Positions 28,477-38,068 of a DNA stretch of 64,000 nt are shown one piece after another. Below the pieces are notes generated by a model, which saw only the letters and a program-made list of their open reading frames with translations, searched no databases and was not told where the DNA came from. The position numbers and the translations under genes were made by a program. Numbering within the stretch: position 1 is the first letter of the stretch; each line of letters opens with the position of its first letter. This stretch comes from Candidatus Saccharimonadota bacterium (GTDB lineage Bacteria; Patescibacteriota; Saccharimonadia; CAILAD01; GCA-016700035): assembly GCA_046350755.1 (NCBI GenBank), contig JAXLZV010000001.1, forward strand, positions 11,510-75,509, given 5' to 3'.

Positions 28477-30110
28477 TGCAAAAGGCTACCCATCGTTCCG
28501 CCAAGTTCCAGAAATTTACCAAAAAATACGGCGTTTGGATACTCTTAATCGGCATCGTATTGATTGGTGTGTTCTTCCGTTTTTATCAACTCGGCAGCTT
28601 GCCACCCGGTCTTCACCCCGATGAGGCGGCTAACGGTCAGGATGTGTTTCGGATGTTTTCGGGCGATGTGCGTCCGCTGTATGCAACAAACGGTCCTCGC
28701 GAGTCACTCTTTTTCTTCGCCCAAGGCTTATTTGTCTACTTGCTAGGTAATACGGTTTTGGCCTTGCGGTTGGCGCCGGCGCTGTTTGGCACCCTGGCGA
28801 TCATCGCAGTTTACTTCTGGGGGAAGGATTGGTTTGGTCAGCGCGTTGGTCTCTTAGCTGCTTTCTTCATGGCAGTAAATCCCTGGGTTATTATTATCTC
28901 TCGCGATGGTTTTCGTGCCAGTATGACACCGCTCATGGTGGCCTTAGTAGCCTATTTTGGTGGGCGAGCGATCAAGACGAAAAAGACACATTACTTTGTT
29001 GGTCTAGGAGTATTCTTGGGTCTCGGGGCCTACACCTATACGGCTTACCAGCTGATGATTGCCGCCGTTGTCGGTCTTTTCCTGTATATCACTTTGTTCC
29101 GTCGCCAGTGGCTTAAAGGTCAAAATAAGAATCTCGCCGCGGCCGCAATTGCTTTCTCGATAGTTCTCACTCCACTTGCGGTATACACCGTAACGAATAA
29201 AGACGCCGCGGCCAGAGCTGGCGGCACCAGCTTCTTGAATAAAAGTCTCAATAAGGGCAAGCCACTGGCAACCCTCTGGGACTCAACGCAAAAGACGCTT
29301 TTGCAATACAACTTCCGCGGCGATGACAATGCTCGGCATAATGTGCCAAATGAGCCGCTCCTTAATACCTTTGTCGGCATCATGTTTATCCTGGGTGTCT
29401 TGGTAGCACTTTACTCGATTGGACATGCCCGCTATGCCGCTGTACTGTTTATCGCTCTTGCGATGATGCTGCCGGCAGCGCTCACTGCAGAAGGTTTGCC
29501 GCATGGCTTACGTTCGATCGGCTCGGCCCCAGCGGTGATGATTTTGGCAGCCATTGGCCTATCATATTTTATCGGTCGCTGGTACGCGATTTTTCCGATT
29601 AATAGTTTTGCCCGAAATATCGGCTTGAGTCTGGTAGTGCTACTTTTGCTTGCCACTCTCATGCAAGGCTATTTCGCCTACTTTAGGGCCTGGGCCGGTA
29701 GTCCCGGGACGTACGAAGCTTATGCGGAAGACATGGTACAATTAGCGGCTTATCGACAAGCGAATTACACTGGCTCAAATCAGCCGAAGACCTTCATGGT
29801 AGTTGACGGCTATTCGATTCGGACAGTTGACTTCCTGACTCGCCAGAAAGCCGATTATGCCAAGCAGAAGTCCGATGCTGATTACGGCTTAAAGTATGGC
29901 AGTGGCTGGGAGCGACTTGAGTGGGATCAGGTTAAGAGCCAACCTCTGACCGATCAGCCAACCGTCTTTCTCATACAAAATAACGAGCATGCTACGGCGG
30001 TACTGGATGTGTTGAAGGCAAAATTCCCACAAGGTCGACTGGTTACCCGTAATTCTCCAGCCTTTACTGACCGGACCCTGTTTTACGCTTTTGAGGTAAA
30101 CGTTCAGTGA
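28476..30110 (+). CDS. GT-C membrane glycosyltransferase (PMT_2/ArnT-like)
   Basis: RFYQL..LPPGLHPDEA after TM1, LRL.PALFG, many TM helices. Confidence 0.85.
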   Translation: MQKATHRSAKFQKFTKKYGVWILLIGIVLIGVFFRFYQLGSLPPGLHPDEAANGQDVFRMFSGDVRPLYATNGPRESLFFFAQGLFVYLLGNTVLALRLAPALFGTLAIIAVYFWGKDWFGQRVGLLAAFFMAVNPWVIIISRDGFRASMTPLMVALVAYFGGRAIKTKKTHYFVGLGVFLGLGAYTYTAYQLMIAAVVGLFLYITLFRRQWLKGQNKNLAAAAIAFSIVLTPLAVYTVTNKDAAARAGGTSFLNKSLNKGKPLATLWDSTQKTLLQYNFRGDDNARHNVPNEPLLNTFVGIMFILGVLVALYSIGHARYAAVLFIALAMMLPAALTAEGLPHGLRSIGSAPAVMILAAIGLSYFIGRWYAIFPINSFARNIGLSLVVLLLLATLMQGYFAYFRAWAGSPGTYEAYAEDMVQLAAYRQANYTGSNQPKTFMVVDGYSIRTVDFLTRQKADYAKQKSDADYGLKYGSGWERLEWDQVKSQPLTDQPTVFLIQNNEHATAVLDVLKAKFPQGRLVTRNSPAFTDRTLFYAFEVNVQ

Positions 30111-30883
30111 GCGCCGTCAAGGGGAGTAGGCCGAAGCTAGCCATCTTGATACCGACGCTCAATGAAGAGAAGCGAATCGGTAAAACCCTTGAGGCCTTAG
30201 CAGACTATCTCAAGGCTAAGCAATATAATGCTGAAGTCATCGTCGTTGATGCGAATAGCTCTGATAAGACAAAAGCCGTTGCTGACGCAGTCGGTAAGCG
30301 GTTCTCGCATTATCGTTTCCTCCAGACTGGTCCCAAAGTCGGTAAAGGCAAGCAAATTCGTGACGGTATGATGGCGGCTCAGGCAGATTACATTATGTTT
30401 ATGGATGCTGATCTAGCAACGCCTCTCAAGTACCTAGATGACGTCTATCAGATAATCGAACGCGGTGGCAAGGTTGGTATTTGTGTGCGTAATCTCAATG
30501 AAAGCCATAAAGGGATTCGTAAGTTTATCTCAACCTTTGGTAATTGGCTAGTGCAGACATTGATCGTGCCTGGCATTAAGGACACGCAGTGTGGTTTTAA
30601 GGTCTTCGAAGCTGATGCCGCACGCGAAATATTCGGTCGACAGCGGATCGTCGGCTGGGGCTTTGATATGGAGGTTTTAGCAGTCGCTCGTAAGCTCGGC
30701 TATTCTATCGAGCTGATTGAAGTGCCAGATTGGCGGGATGTCGTTGAGGGGAGCAAAATCTCTGGGAACGGTGCTCTGAAGGTGGCCTTGCAGACCTTCT
30801 CGGATCTTTTGAAGATTAAGTGGGGCTTGATTACCGGTAAGTATAAAAAAGTGAGCTTTCGTTATGTCCCGTATAAAAACTAA
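30107..30883 (+). CDS. GT2 polyprenyl-phosphate glycosyltransferase (Alg5/DPM-like)
   Basis: IPTLNEE, GKG, FMDADL, DTQCGFK, GFDMEVL. Confidence 0.88.
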   Translation: MSAVKGSRPKLAILIPTLNEEKRIGKTLEALADYLKAKQYNAEVIVVDANSSDKTKAVADAVGKRFSHYRFLQTGPKVGKGKQIRDGMMAAQADYIMFMDADLATPLKYLDDVYQIIERGGKVGICVRNLNESHKGIRKFISTFGNWLVQTLIVPGIKDTQCGFKVFEADAAREIFGRQRIVGWGFDMEVLAVARKLGYSIELIEVPDWRDVVEGSKISGNGALKVALQTFSDLLKIKWGLITGKYKKVSFRYVPYKN

Positions 30884-32456
30884 GCAACCAAACCGATATG
30901 CTCATAAACTGACTGGTCTTTTGCCTAAGTGGGCCGAAGAGCGCTATATCGTACCGGCATTGCTGGCGTTGGCAGCCGTTACCCGCTTCGCAACCATCGC
31001 AAAGGCTAGTATCTGGCACGACGAAGGCTTTACGATGATGCTGATCGCTCGTAATCCGGCCGAGATTTGGGCGGGATCTGGGCGCGATGTGCATCCACCG
31101 TTGTTTTATGAGCTGCTGCATTTTTGGACCAACCTCTTCGGTCGATCGGAATTAGCGGCCCGCTCGATGAGTGCGGTGGCTGGACTTGTCACGATCTATG
31201 TCTGCTATCTGCTCGTGAAGCGATATTTTGCAAAAACTACCGGTTATTTGGTCTTACTCATTCTTGCCGTCGCACCGTTTCTTGTGCGCTACAGTCAAGA
31301 AGCGCGTATGTATGGTGTGCTTGGTCTGTTCTTAATTACTGGTACCTACGCCTTGCTGCGGGCACTTGAGCCAGGCGATCAGAAAAAATGGTGGGTCGTC
31401 TACGTTGTCATGATGGCGGCCGGATTATACACCCATTACTTTACGGCTCTAGCGATGATGGCGCAGTGGATATATTTACTCAGCCTGACGCCAATTCATG
31501 CTTGGCGACTCGGCAAAACTCCCTGGCTATCAGCCCGTTGGTGGCTTGCCAATATCACCATTGTGGTTCTATGGATTCCCTGGCTACCTAGCTTCTATGG
31601 CCAAATCTCGCGTGGTCAAGGCATTAGCTGGATTCCAAAAACCACGGCCTATACCTTGCCGAATAATCTGTGGCAGAATCTCACCTTCACAGATGGTCGG
31701 CAGCTACCACAGCTGCTGTATTGGATCGTCCCGGCGCTGATATTGTTGGGAGCCGTATGGGTGACTTGGATACTGCGTAAGTCTAAGCCGCAGATCAAGA
31801 TGTTGTTCTTCTATACTTTTGTACCGATCGTGCTGACGATCGTAGTCTCGACCATCAAGCCGGTCTATCAAGATCGCTATCTAGTCTTTGCCGCTAACGG
31901 AATCTATATGCTGCTGGGGATTGCCTTGCATCAGCTCATTGCTCGCCATCGGGCGACCGGCTTAGCGGCACTAGTTTTAGTCGTGGGGATTAGCTTGGTC
32001 GGGGTGATTAATGTCGGTCGGCAGGCCTCACATAGTATGGGCAAAGTTGGTGACCATGTGGTTGCCAACTATAAGCCGGGAGATGAAATGGTGTCGGCTG
32101 AGCTCTATACTTACTTCGACTTTAGCTATTATTGTACGGATGTGTGTATTGATAGTCGCAATCGTCAGGCTGAGAAGGGAATGATGACAGCAGTTTATCC
32201 GGCGCCATGGTCACAACTTCGCCTCAATACGACGGGTGGCCGTCCCAATGGCTACGGCGAGTCGGCTTTGCTCTATGATCGAGCCGATCAGATTTACGTT
32301 GATGATTGGGCGGTTATACGGCCCGCCTCGGGGCGCGTTTGGCTCATTGGTAAGCCGGGTGACAAACCCTACTGGAAGGCTACTCCCGCTAACTGGACGC
32401 AAGTCGATAGTTTTGTGACGAATTCATCCGAAGCTCGTCTCTATCAGGTGCAGTAG
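30864..32456 (+). CDS. GT-C membrane glycosyltransferase (PMT_2 family)
   Basis: SIWHDEGF, DVHPPLFY, YSQEARMY, YTHYF. Confidence 0.85.
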   Translation: MSRIKTKQPNRYAHKLTGLLPKWAEERYIVPALLALAAVTRFATIAKASIWHDEGFTMMLIARNPAEIWAGSGRDVHPPLFYELLHFWTNLFGRSELAARSMSAVAGLVTIYVCYLLVKRYFAKTTGYLVLLILAVAPFLVRYSQEARMYGVLGLFLITGTYALLRALEPGDQKKWWVVYVVMMAAGLYTHYFTALAMMAQWIYLLSLTPIHAWRLGKTPWLSARWWLANITIVVLWIPWLPSFYGQISRGQGISWIPKTTAYTLPNNLWQNLTFTDGRQLPQLLYWIVPALILLGAVWVTWILRKSKPQIKMLFFYTFVPIVLTIVVSTIKPVYQDRYLVFAANGIYMLLGIALHQLIARHRATGLAALVLVVGISLVGVINVGRQASHSMGKVGDHVVANYKPGDEMVSAELYTYFDFSYYCTDVCIDSRNRQAEKGMMTAVYPAPWSQLRLNTTGGRPNGYGESALLYDRADQIYVDDWAVIRPASGRVWLIGKPGDKPYWKATPANWTQVDSFVTNSSEARLYQVQ

Positions 32457-32507
32457 ACTCCTGATTGCGGTACAATATGAGGGTTATGAGAAAGGGGTTT
32501 AACGCCG

Positions 32508-32795
32508 ATGTTAGATCAATTGAAAGCAGCCAATGAGCTGCGTAAGATCCAAAAAGAGCTCAAGAAAGTAGAAGTTGAGGCCGATGCTGGTAACGGCGCG
32601 GTGGTAATCGTCATGAATGGCGAGCAGAAGGTGACGAGCGTCAAGCTTGATCCGAGTAAGTATGATATCGATGACACTGGTCGACTAGAGAAACTGATTG
32701 AGTCAGCTGTCAATCAAGCCAACTCAACCTTACAACGCGAAGTTGCCGAGCGCATGAAGGGCAAACTCGGAGGACTCAACCTACCCGGCATGTAG
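32508..32795 (+). CDS. ybaB: YbaB/EbfC nucleoid-associated protein
   Basis: AGNGAVVIVMNG, size, and position before recR. Confidence 0.88.
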   Translation: MLDQLKAANELRKIQKELKKVEVEADAGNGAVVIVMNGEQKVTSVKLDPSKYDIDDTGRLEKLIESAVNQANSTLQREVAERMKGKLGGLNLPGM

Positions 32796-32817
32796 ATCTG
32801 TCTGGAGGGTGAGGCGT

Positions 32818-33420
32818 ATGACGCAGATTTTACCGAAGCAAATCACCCAGCTCGTGGATGAGTTTGCTAAATTGCCATCGATCGGCCCGAAGACGGCTGA
32901 ACGGTTGACGATGTATTTGGTGCGCTTTGGTGACCCAGATCGCTTAGGCGAAGCTCTCCAGCAGCTGCGGGCCGGGCTCGGCTTTTGCGCGCAGTGTCAT
33001 AGCTATGCGACCAGCGAACTCTGTGACATCTGCGCTGATTCCAGCCGCGGTGATGACATCATCGTAGTAGTGGCCCAACCGATGGACATTGTCGCGATGG
33101 AACGGATCGGTAATTACCAGGGTCGCTATCATGTTTTGCATGGTGTACTGTCGCCGATTGATGGAATTGGACCGAGCCAGCTGAGACTTGATTCCTTGAC
33201 GGCTCGCGTTCAGCTCGTCCAGCCAAAAGAGATCATCCTGGCCACCAATGCAACTGTCGAGGGCGAGACTACGGCGTTATATGTTGCCCGGCAGCTGACA
33301 CCGCTTGGCGTACGGGTTACTCGGCTGGCCCATGGTCTCCCAGTTGGGGCCGACCTCGAGTATGCTGATCAAGTCACGCTCGGTCGAGCCTACACCGGTC
33401 GGACGGAGATCTTGGTGTGA
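32818..33420 (+). CDS. recR: Recombination protein RecR
   Basis: LPSIGPKTAERL, C4 zinc finger, YHVLHG.LSP, ATNATVEGETTA. Confidence 0.96.
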   Translation: MTQILPKQITQLVDEFAKLPSIGPKTAERLTMYLVRFGDPDRLGEALQQLRAGLGFCAQCHSYATSELCDICADSSRGDDIIVVVAQPMDIVAMERIGNYQGRYHVLHGVLSPIDGIGPSQLRLDSLTARVQLVQPKEIILATNATVEGETTALYVARQLTPLGVRVTRLAHGLPVGADLEYADQVTLGRAYTGRTEILV

Positions 33421-34004
33421 GTCAGTTCGCTGGCTTTGCGAAGTCGGTTTTGCTCATCGATTTTGAATCAACTGGTTTTGTAAAAAATTCAACTGGCGAT
33501 ATTATCGACTCCGGCGAGCCAACTCAGCTCGGCGCGGTGCTCCTAGACGCACGATCACTGCAGGAGGTTAGTCACTTCAGCTCTGACATCCAAGCCGATC
33601 CCGCCAAGCTCGATGCTTGGGTGCAGGCACACACCGACATTACCCCTGAGAGAGTCATCCGGGCTCCGAGCCGGGCTGAAGTTGCCAAACGACTCGTTGA
33701 GCAGTTTGCACCCGAGAGTGTGTTTCTCGCCTCGTGGAATATTCATTATGATCGCGGCTGGCTAGACGTGCTCTTACGGAGTATTGATCGGCGTGAATCG
33801 TTATTTGACTACCACCATATAGACGTCTGGTCATTGGCTTATCATTATCTCTGTTCGCATGGTCGATCAGATGTGATACGCTCAGAGGAGACATTTGCAT
33901 TATTTGGGCAGTCGGCCCGCGCTGCCCACAACGCGCTCGATGACTGTCGCCGAACGGCTGAAGTTTTGCGAGCGATAGTATTCGATAAAGGAATCAAACC
34001 ATGA
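33417..34004 (+). CDS. DEDDh 3'-5' exonuclease (DnaQ-like)
   Basis: IDFESTG, WNIHYD, HNALDDC. Confidence 0.85.
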   Translation: MSQFAGFAKSVLLIDFESTGFVKNSTGDIIDSGEPTQLGAVLLDARSLQEVSHFSSDIQADPAKLDAWVQAHTDITPERVIRAPSRAEVAKRLVEQFAPESVFLASWNIHYDRGWLDVLLRSIDRRESLFDYHHIDVWSLAYHYLCSHGRSDVIRSEETFALFGQSARAAHNALDDCRRTAEVLRAIVFDKGIKP

Positions 34005-35374
34005 AGCTCTCACTGTATAATTCGCTGACAAAAAAGAAACAAGCTTTTGAGCCGCTTAAGAGTGGTGAAGTGTCGATGTATTCGTGCGGGCCGACGGTGT
34101 ATGATCACGTTCACATTGGTAATCTACGAGCATTTATCACCGCCGATCTTCTCCAGCGGGTACTGCGCACGGTTGGTGAATATGACGTCCGCTGGGTCAT
34201 GAATATTACCGATATTGATGACAAGATGATAGCTCGCGCCGCCGAAGAATATCCCGGTGAAGATCCGGCGACCGCGGTCAAAAAACTGGCTGATACCTAC
34301 GAAGCGAAGTTCCTCAAAGACCTATCTGCCGTCGGCATCCAGACGAGTGACTTAGCCGAACGACCTCACGCCACTGATTACATTCAGCAAATGCAAGTCA
34401 TTATCCGTGATCTACTCAAGAAGAAAATTGCCTATATATCAGATGGCAGTGTGTATTTTTCGCTTGCCGAGTATGAAAAATCTGGTCACGACTACGGTCG
34501 CTTGGTGCAGGTCGATTATGATCCGCAAACTCGCATTGATGATCAGGAGCAGAAGCAAGGCGCTGGTGACTTCGCACTGTGGAAAGCCTATAAACCTGGC
34601 GAACCAGCTTGGGATTTTGACGTCGAGGGGGAGAATCTACGTGGTCGCCCGGGCTGGCACATTGAGTGCTCGGCCATGAGTACCGACATCTTAGGTCGGG
34701 AGTTTGACATCCACACCGGCGGCATCGATCTGAAGTTTCCACACCATGAGAACGAGATCGCTCAGTGCGAGGGTAGTCTGGCCCGTTATTGGGTTCATAA
34801 TGAATTTTTGACCGTCGACGAGGCCAAGATGGCCAAAAGCGCCGGGAACTTCACGACTCTTGACGATATTGACTCGCCACTAGCGTTTCGTATGCTTGTT
34901 CTCTCTGCCCAGTATCGGAGCCAGATGGATGCGTCGGCCGATGGCTTACTCGGGGCCGAGAATCGTCTGAAAAGTTTGCGTGAATGGACTAGTCGAGTCA
35001 TAAATAACGAATCAATCGTCAATGATGATCATATCGCCGATCTTGAGCTGCGCTTTGATGCCGCCGTGGCCGATGACCTCAATACGCCGCAGGCCTTAGC
35101 GGTGCTATCAGAAGCAGAACGAGCGAATGTCTATTCGCCAGAAATGCGACGTTTTATTGAGCATGTTGATGCAGCTTTGGGGCTACAGCTTCTGCACCAT
35201 CAAAAGGACTTGCGAGCCGATTCGGCCATCGCCGAGTTGCTTGTCGAGCGTGAGCGGGCTCGGGCTGAGCAAGCATTTGAGCGCAGTGATCAGCTACGTG
35301 CAGAGCTGACGACCATTGGCGTTGGTATCGAAGATACGCCCGATGGGCAAGTTATCTGGCAGCTTGCAGACTAA
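34001..35374 (+). CDS. cysS: Cysteine--tRNA ligase
   Basis: [34 protein letters not shown]. Confidence 0.97.
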   Translation: MKLSLYNSLTKKKQAFEPLKSGEVSMYSCGPTVYDHVHIGNLRAFITADLLQRVLRTVGEYDVRWVMNITDIDDKMIARAAEEYPGEDPATAVKKLADTYEAKFLKDLSAVGIQTSDLAERPHATDYIQQMQVIIRDLLKKKIAYISDGSVYFSLAEYEKSGHDYGRLVQVDYDPQTRIDDQEQKQGAGDFALWKAYKPGEPAWDFDVEGENLRGRPGWHIECSAMSTDILGREFDIHTGGIDLKFPHHENEIAQCEGSLARYWVHNEFLTVDEAKMAKSAGNFTTLDDIDSPLAFRMLVLSAQYRSQMDASADGLLGAENRLKSLREWTSRVINNESIVNDDHIADLELRFDAAVADDLNTPQALAVLSEAERANVYSPEMRRFIEHVDAALGLQLLHHQKDLRADSAIAELLVERERARAEQAFERSDQLRAELTTIGVGIEDTPDGQVIWQLAD

Positions 35375-35417
35375 TTACTAAATAAATAGTCCCCCGATGA
35401 ATCGGAGGACGGTAGAG

Positions 35418-35567
35418 TTACTTCCAAAAAGGACCACAACGCTCGCAGGTCTTACCGGTCCCACGACAGCTGGAGCAGCTGGATGAGCGGCGATTGTGTG
35501 GCTTGTCATTGCAGCCGTAGGGGCAATCCTTGACTTCTTCGATATTGCATCGACGACAGGTAGCCAT
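35418..35567 (-). CDS. Small Cys-rich zinc-finger-like protein (49 aa; not in the ORF track)
   Basis: Manual translation MATCRRCNIEEVKDCPYGCNDKPHNRRSSSCSSCRGTGKTCERCGPFWK: four Cys pairs including CxxCxGxG. Confidence 0.65.
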   Translation of the reverse strand: MATCRRCNIEEVKDCPYGCNDKPHNRRSSSCSSCRGTGKTCERCGPFWK

Positions 35568-35601
35568 GACGGGCTCGCTTTCACTCGAGTCGGGCGGGGC
35601 T

Positions 35602-35733
35602 TTAGCTCATGATTGAACCAACAATCCAGAGGACCATAAGGCACACTAGGGAAGCGCCGATGATCCGGATGATGCCGACACGGCCGAGGGTGAAAAACAG
35701 AAAGAATATGGCGAGTAAACCGCAGGTTATCAC
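35602..35733 (-). CDS. Small hydrophobic peptide (43 aa; not in the ORF track)
   Basis: GAGGAGGTGA SD, GTG start, MITCGLLAIFFLFFTLGRVGIIRIIGASLVCLMVLWIVGSIMS. Confidence 0.6.
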   Translation of the reverse strand: MITCGLLAIFFLFFTLGRVGIIRIIGASLVCLMVLWIVGSIMS

Positions 35734-35802
35734 CTGGATCACCTCCTCGCTGAGATCGTAGGTACGTTGGTGGCTAGATTATGTCATAGTAGTCAGCATA
35801 AG

Positions 35803-35833
35803 AAAAGGGTGGAGCAGAATGACTGCTCCACCC
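35803..35833 (-). terminator. Intrinsic terminator of the 36539-35848 gene pair
   Basis: GGGTGGAGCAG/CTGCTCCACCC 11-bp stem with the T run on the minus strand. Confidence 0.8.
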
Positions 35834-35847
35834 CGTGTGGGCGGGCA

Positions 35848-36039
35848 TTAGCCGCGTGGCCTTTTCGGCACCCGAAGGAGAATGGGTACGAAGACAGCGA
35901 CGAGCACCCCGATCATGATCGCTGGGATGATATCCCAGTCATTGTAATCGGCCACAAGAGCAGCGCCGATCACGATGATCAACATCGGTACGGCCAAGCT
36001 CAGATAGCGAGCTCGGGGATGAGTGGTTCTGGTGGTCAT
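35848..36039 (-). CDS. Small 2-TM protein (possible immunity protein)
   Basis: GAGGAG SD, ATG at 36039, two hydrophobic helices with basic ends. Confidence 0.65.
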   Translation of the reverse strand: MTTRTTHPRARYLSLAVPMLIIVIGAALVADYNDWDIIPAIMIGVLVAVFVPILLRVPKRPRG

Positions 36040-36050
36040 GGCGTTGCTCC

Positions 36051-36539
36051 TCACTTGACGACCGGATCGAAGTGCAGACGGCAACCGACGCCAAACGGCA
36101 GAAACATGTTGCAGCGCTCCTGGATCCTCAGCCGAGGCTTTGTGCTGCTCAAGTGCTTGACGGCATCCTTGAACGCCCCCCAGTACACCGTGACGATCAG
36201 CAGGCAGGTGCCGCCGACGATCACCGAAGCCTCAGGGCCAGCTGGGGCCGAGAGAGCCGCGCAGAGTACGCCTGACGCACCGACCACCGCTGCCTGGCTG
36301 GCATTCTCGTAGCGGTTCACGAAGCGCTTGACATCGTTACTGCGAGACACCGTCAGTGTCCAAGTCCAGCGCACATAGTCGCCAGGGAGCAGACGGCTTT
36401 GAGCCAAGCTGCCGGCCGTTTGGTAGGTGCTGAGCTTGGGTGATGCGGCGACAGGGTCGCCGATCAGTCCAATTGAGATGCCGACGGTGAAAACCAGCAA
36501 GCTGATCCACCGGGCAAGTTGATATTTCGTCTTGGTCAT
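36051..36539 (-). CDS. Secreted protein with Cys-flanked hydrophobic hairpin (bacteriocin-like, unassigned)
   Basis: Signal peptide ending PVAA, central Ala/Gly/Val-rich hairpin, 4 Cys; upstream promoter TTGACG-N17-TACGCT. Confidence 0.6.
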   Translation of the reverse strand: MTKTKYQLARWISLLVFTVGISIGLIGDPVAASPKLSTYQTAGSLAQSRLLPGDYVRWTWTLTVSRSNDVKRFVNRYENASQAAVVGASGVLCAALSAPAGPEASVIVGGTCLLIVTVYWGAFKDAVKHLSSTKPRLRIQERCNMFLPFGVGCRLHFDPVVK

Positions 36540-36774
36540 CAGAGCCCCCATGTGTACTCTATGCGCGGCGGAATTTCCGCCGTTGACCAAGGTCTGCCCA
36601 TCTGTAGGCAAACCAGGATAGCGTAGTCCTATTGATGATGCGCGTCAAGCATAAGCAAGATTTACAGATCCACCTATCTGGCTACCAGATTGTGTTTTAG
36701 GGGCTGTTTACGGTAAAATATGGTCGCTGTGTACAGCTAATGCATACAGTCAAAATCAAACGCTGAATTGATTT

Positions 36775-36849
36775 TGGGGCGTCGCCAAGTGGTAAGGCAC
36801 CGGTTTTTGGTACCGGCATTCGCAGGTTCGAATCCTGCCGCCCCAGCCA
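36775..36849 (+). tRNA. tRNA-Gln(UUG)
   Basis: Cloverleaf: TGGGGCG/CGCCCCA acceptor stem, CCGGT-ttTTGgt-ACCGG anticodon arm, GGTTCGAATCC T loop, encoded CCA. Confidence 0.97.
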
Positions 36850-36993
36850 AGCATTACGACTAAGTAGACGCGTTTGCACAGTTAGATTTAGTCATAGTGC
36901 TGGGAATAGTATTAAATTACAGATTTTATAGCATCCTAAAAAGAAGTTATAATGCTCAGACATATTACAACAATAATTTAAGAGGAAATAGAT

Positions 36994-37185
36994 ATGATTA
37001 CCGGATATTGCGTTAAATGCAAAGAAAAGGGCGTTGAGCTGTCAGCTCCAGAAATCCACAAAACTAAAAAAGGTGGGTTTATGGCCAAAGGCAAGCACGA
37101 TAAATGCGGAACGACGGTTTGTGCAATGATGTCTCAAGACAATGCAGAAAAAGCAGTAGAAGACGGCGCAACAAAAGCTTACTAA
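36994..37185 (+). CDS. Small zinc-ribbon protein (DUF5679-like)
   Basis: YCVKCK...T.KG...KG.H..CGT pattern; AGAGG SD. Confidence 0.75.
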   Translation: MITGYCVKCKEKGVELSAPEIHKTKKGGFMAKGKHDKCGTTVCAMMSQDNAEKAVEDGATKAY

Positions 37186-37206
37186 ACACCTCAAGTAAAA
37201 GATTTG

Positions 37207-37240
37207 AAAAAAACGGCCGTCCCCCGAGAGGGACGGCCGT
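37207..37240 (-). terminator. Intrinsic terminator between convergent genes
   Basis: ACGGCCGTCCC/GGGACGGCCGT 11-bp stem; A7 on the plus strand. Confidence 0.8.
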
Positions 37241-37255
37241 GGGCGCCGATCGGAA

Positions 37256-38068
37256 TCAGCCGATGGACTCGTTGAGCCCCTGCTGCGACGAGACCACCGT
37301 CACGCCCGAGTCCTTGACGGCCTGGACGATGGCAGTGAGCTGCGCGACCGAGACCGTGTAGGTCGGATCCGTCGGGTCGACAGGCGTGCCGACCTCGTGG
37401 AAGGCGAAAACCGTCCAGCCGTTTGTGGCGATGGTGTCCGCCAGGATGGTCTGGATGTCGGCCAGCGTCGTGCTGTTCTCGATCGAAATCGAATGCACGT
37501 TGTACTGGTCCCAACTCTCCGACTTGTTCGTCGGATCGTCGCAGTTCCGCTGATCCTGGTAGTACAGTATGGCCAGGCTCGTCACCGTGGCGTTCGTGGC
37601 GCAGTAAGGCGTCGCGAAGAGGGTGGGGGCCTTGCCGAGCAGATTGGTCAGGTAGGTCTTGCTGTTCGCCAGCTCGGCCTGAACTTGCGCCTGCGTGAGC
37701 GTGGTCAGGTCCTTGTGATCGACGGTGTGAGCGCCGATGTCGCCACCCTGTGCGACCCAGTCCTGGATCTGCGTGGGTGTCATGTAAGTCCCGACGCCGT
37801 AATTGGCGTTGTGCTGGGCCGTGTCAGTGATGATGTACATCGTCGGCGTGTAGCCGAAGGACTTCATCACGGGCAGGCCGTACTTGTATGCGCTCTGCCA
37901 GCCGTCGTCGAACTCGAAAGAGACGAGTGGGCGGGAGAAGGGGGCATAGGTTGCCGGAAGAGTCGTGGTGGTGGATCCACCGGACCCTCCGGGTGCGGGA
38001 CTGGGCGTGCAGCTGGCCGCGAAGAACGCGAAGCCAGCGATGAGCATGGCCAACAGTTTGCGGTTCAT
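37256..38068 (-). CDS. Polysaccharide deacetylase (CE4/NodB) lipoprotein, GC-rich
   Basis: Lipobox FAAS-C, Thr-rich linker, FDDG, HTVDH, PY and FHEV motifs. Confidence 0.88.
   Translation of the reverse strand: MNRKLLAMLIAGFAFFAASCTPSPAPGGSGGSTTTTLPATYAPFSRPLVSFEFDDGWQSAYKYGLPVMKSFGYTPTMYIITDTAQHNANYGVGTYMTPTQIQDWVAQGGDIGAHTVDHKDLTTLTQAQVQAELANSKTYLTNLLGKAPTLFATPYCATNATVTSLAILYYQDQRNCDDPTNKSESWDQYNVHSISIENSTTLADIQTILADTIATNGWTVFAFHEVGTPVDPTDPTYTVSVAQLTAIVQAVKDSGVTVVSSQQGLNESIG

Noticed and set aside
36697-36879. 60-aa minus-strand ORF (WLGRQDSNLRMPVPKTGALPLG)
   Set aside because: This is the reverse complement of the tRNA-Gln gene.
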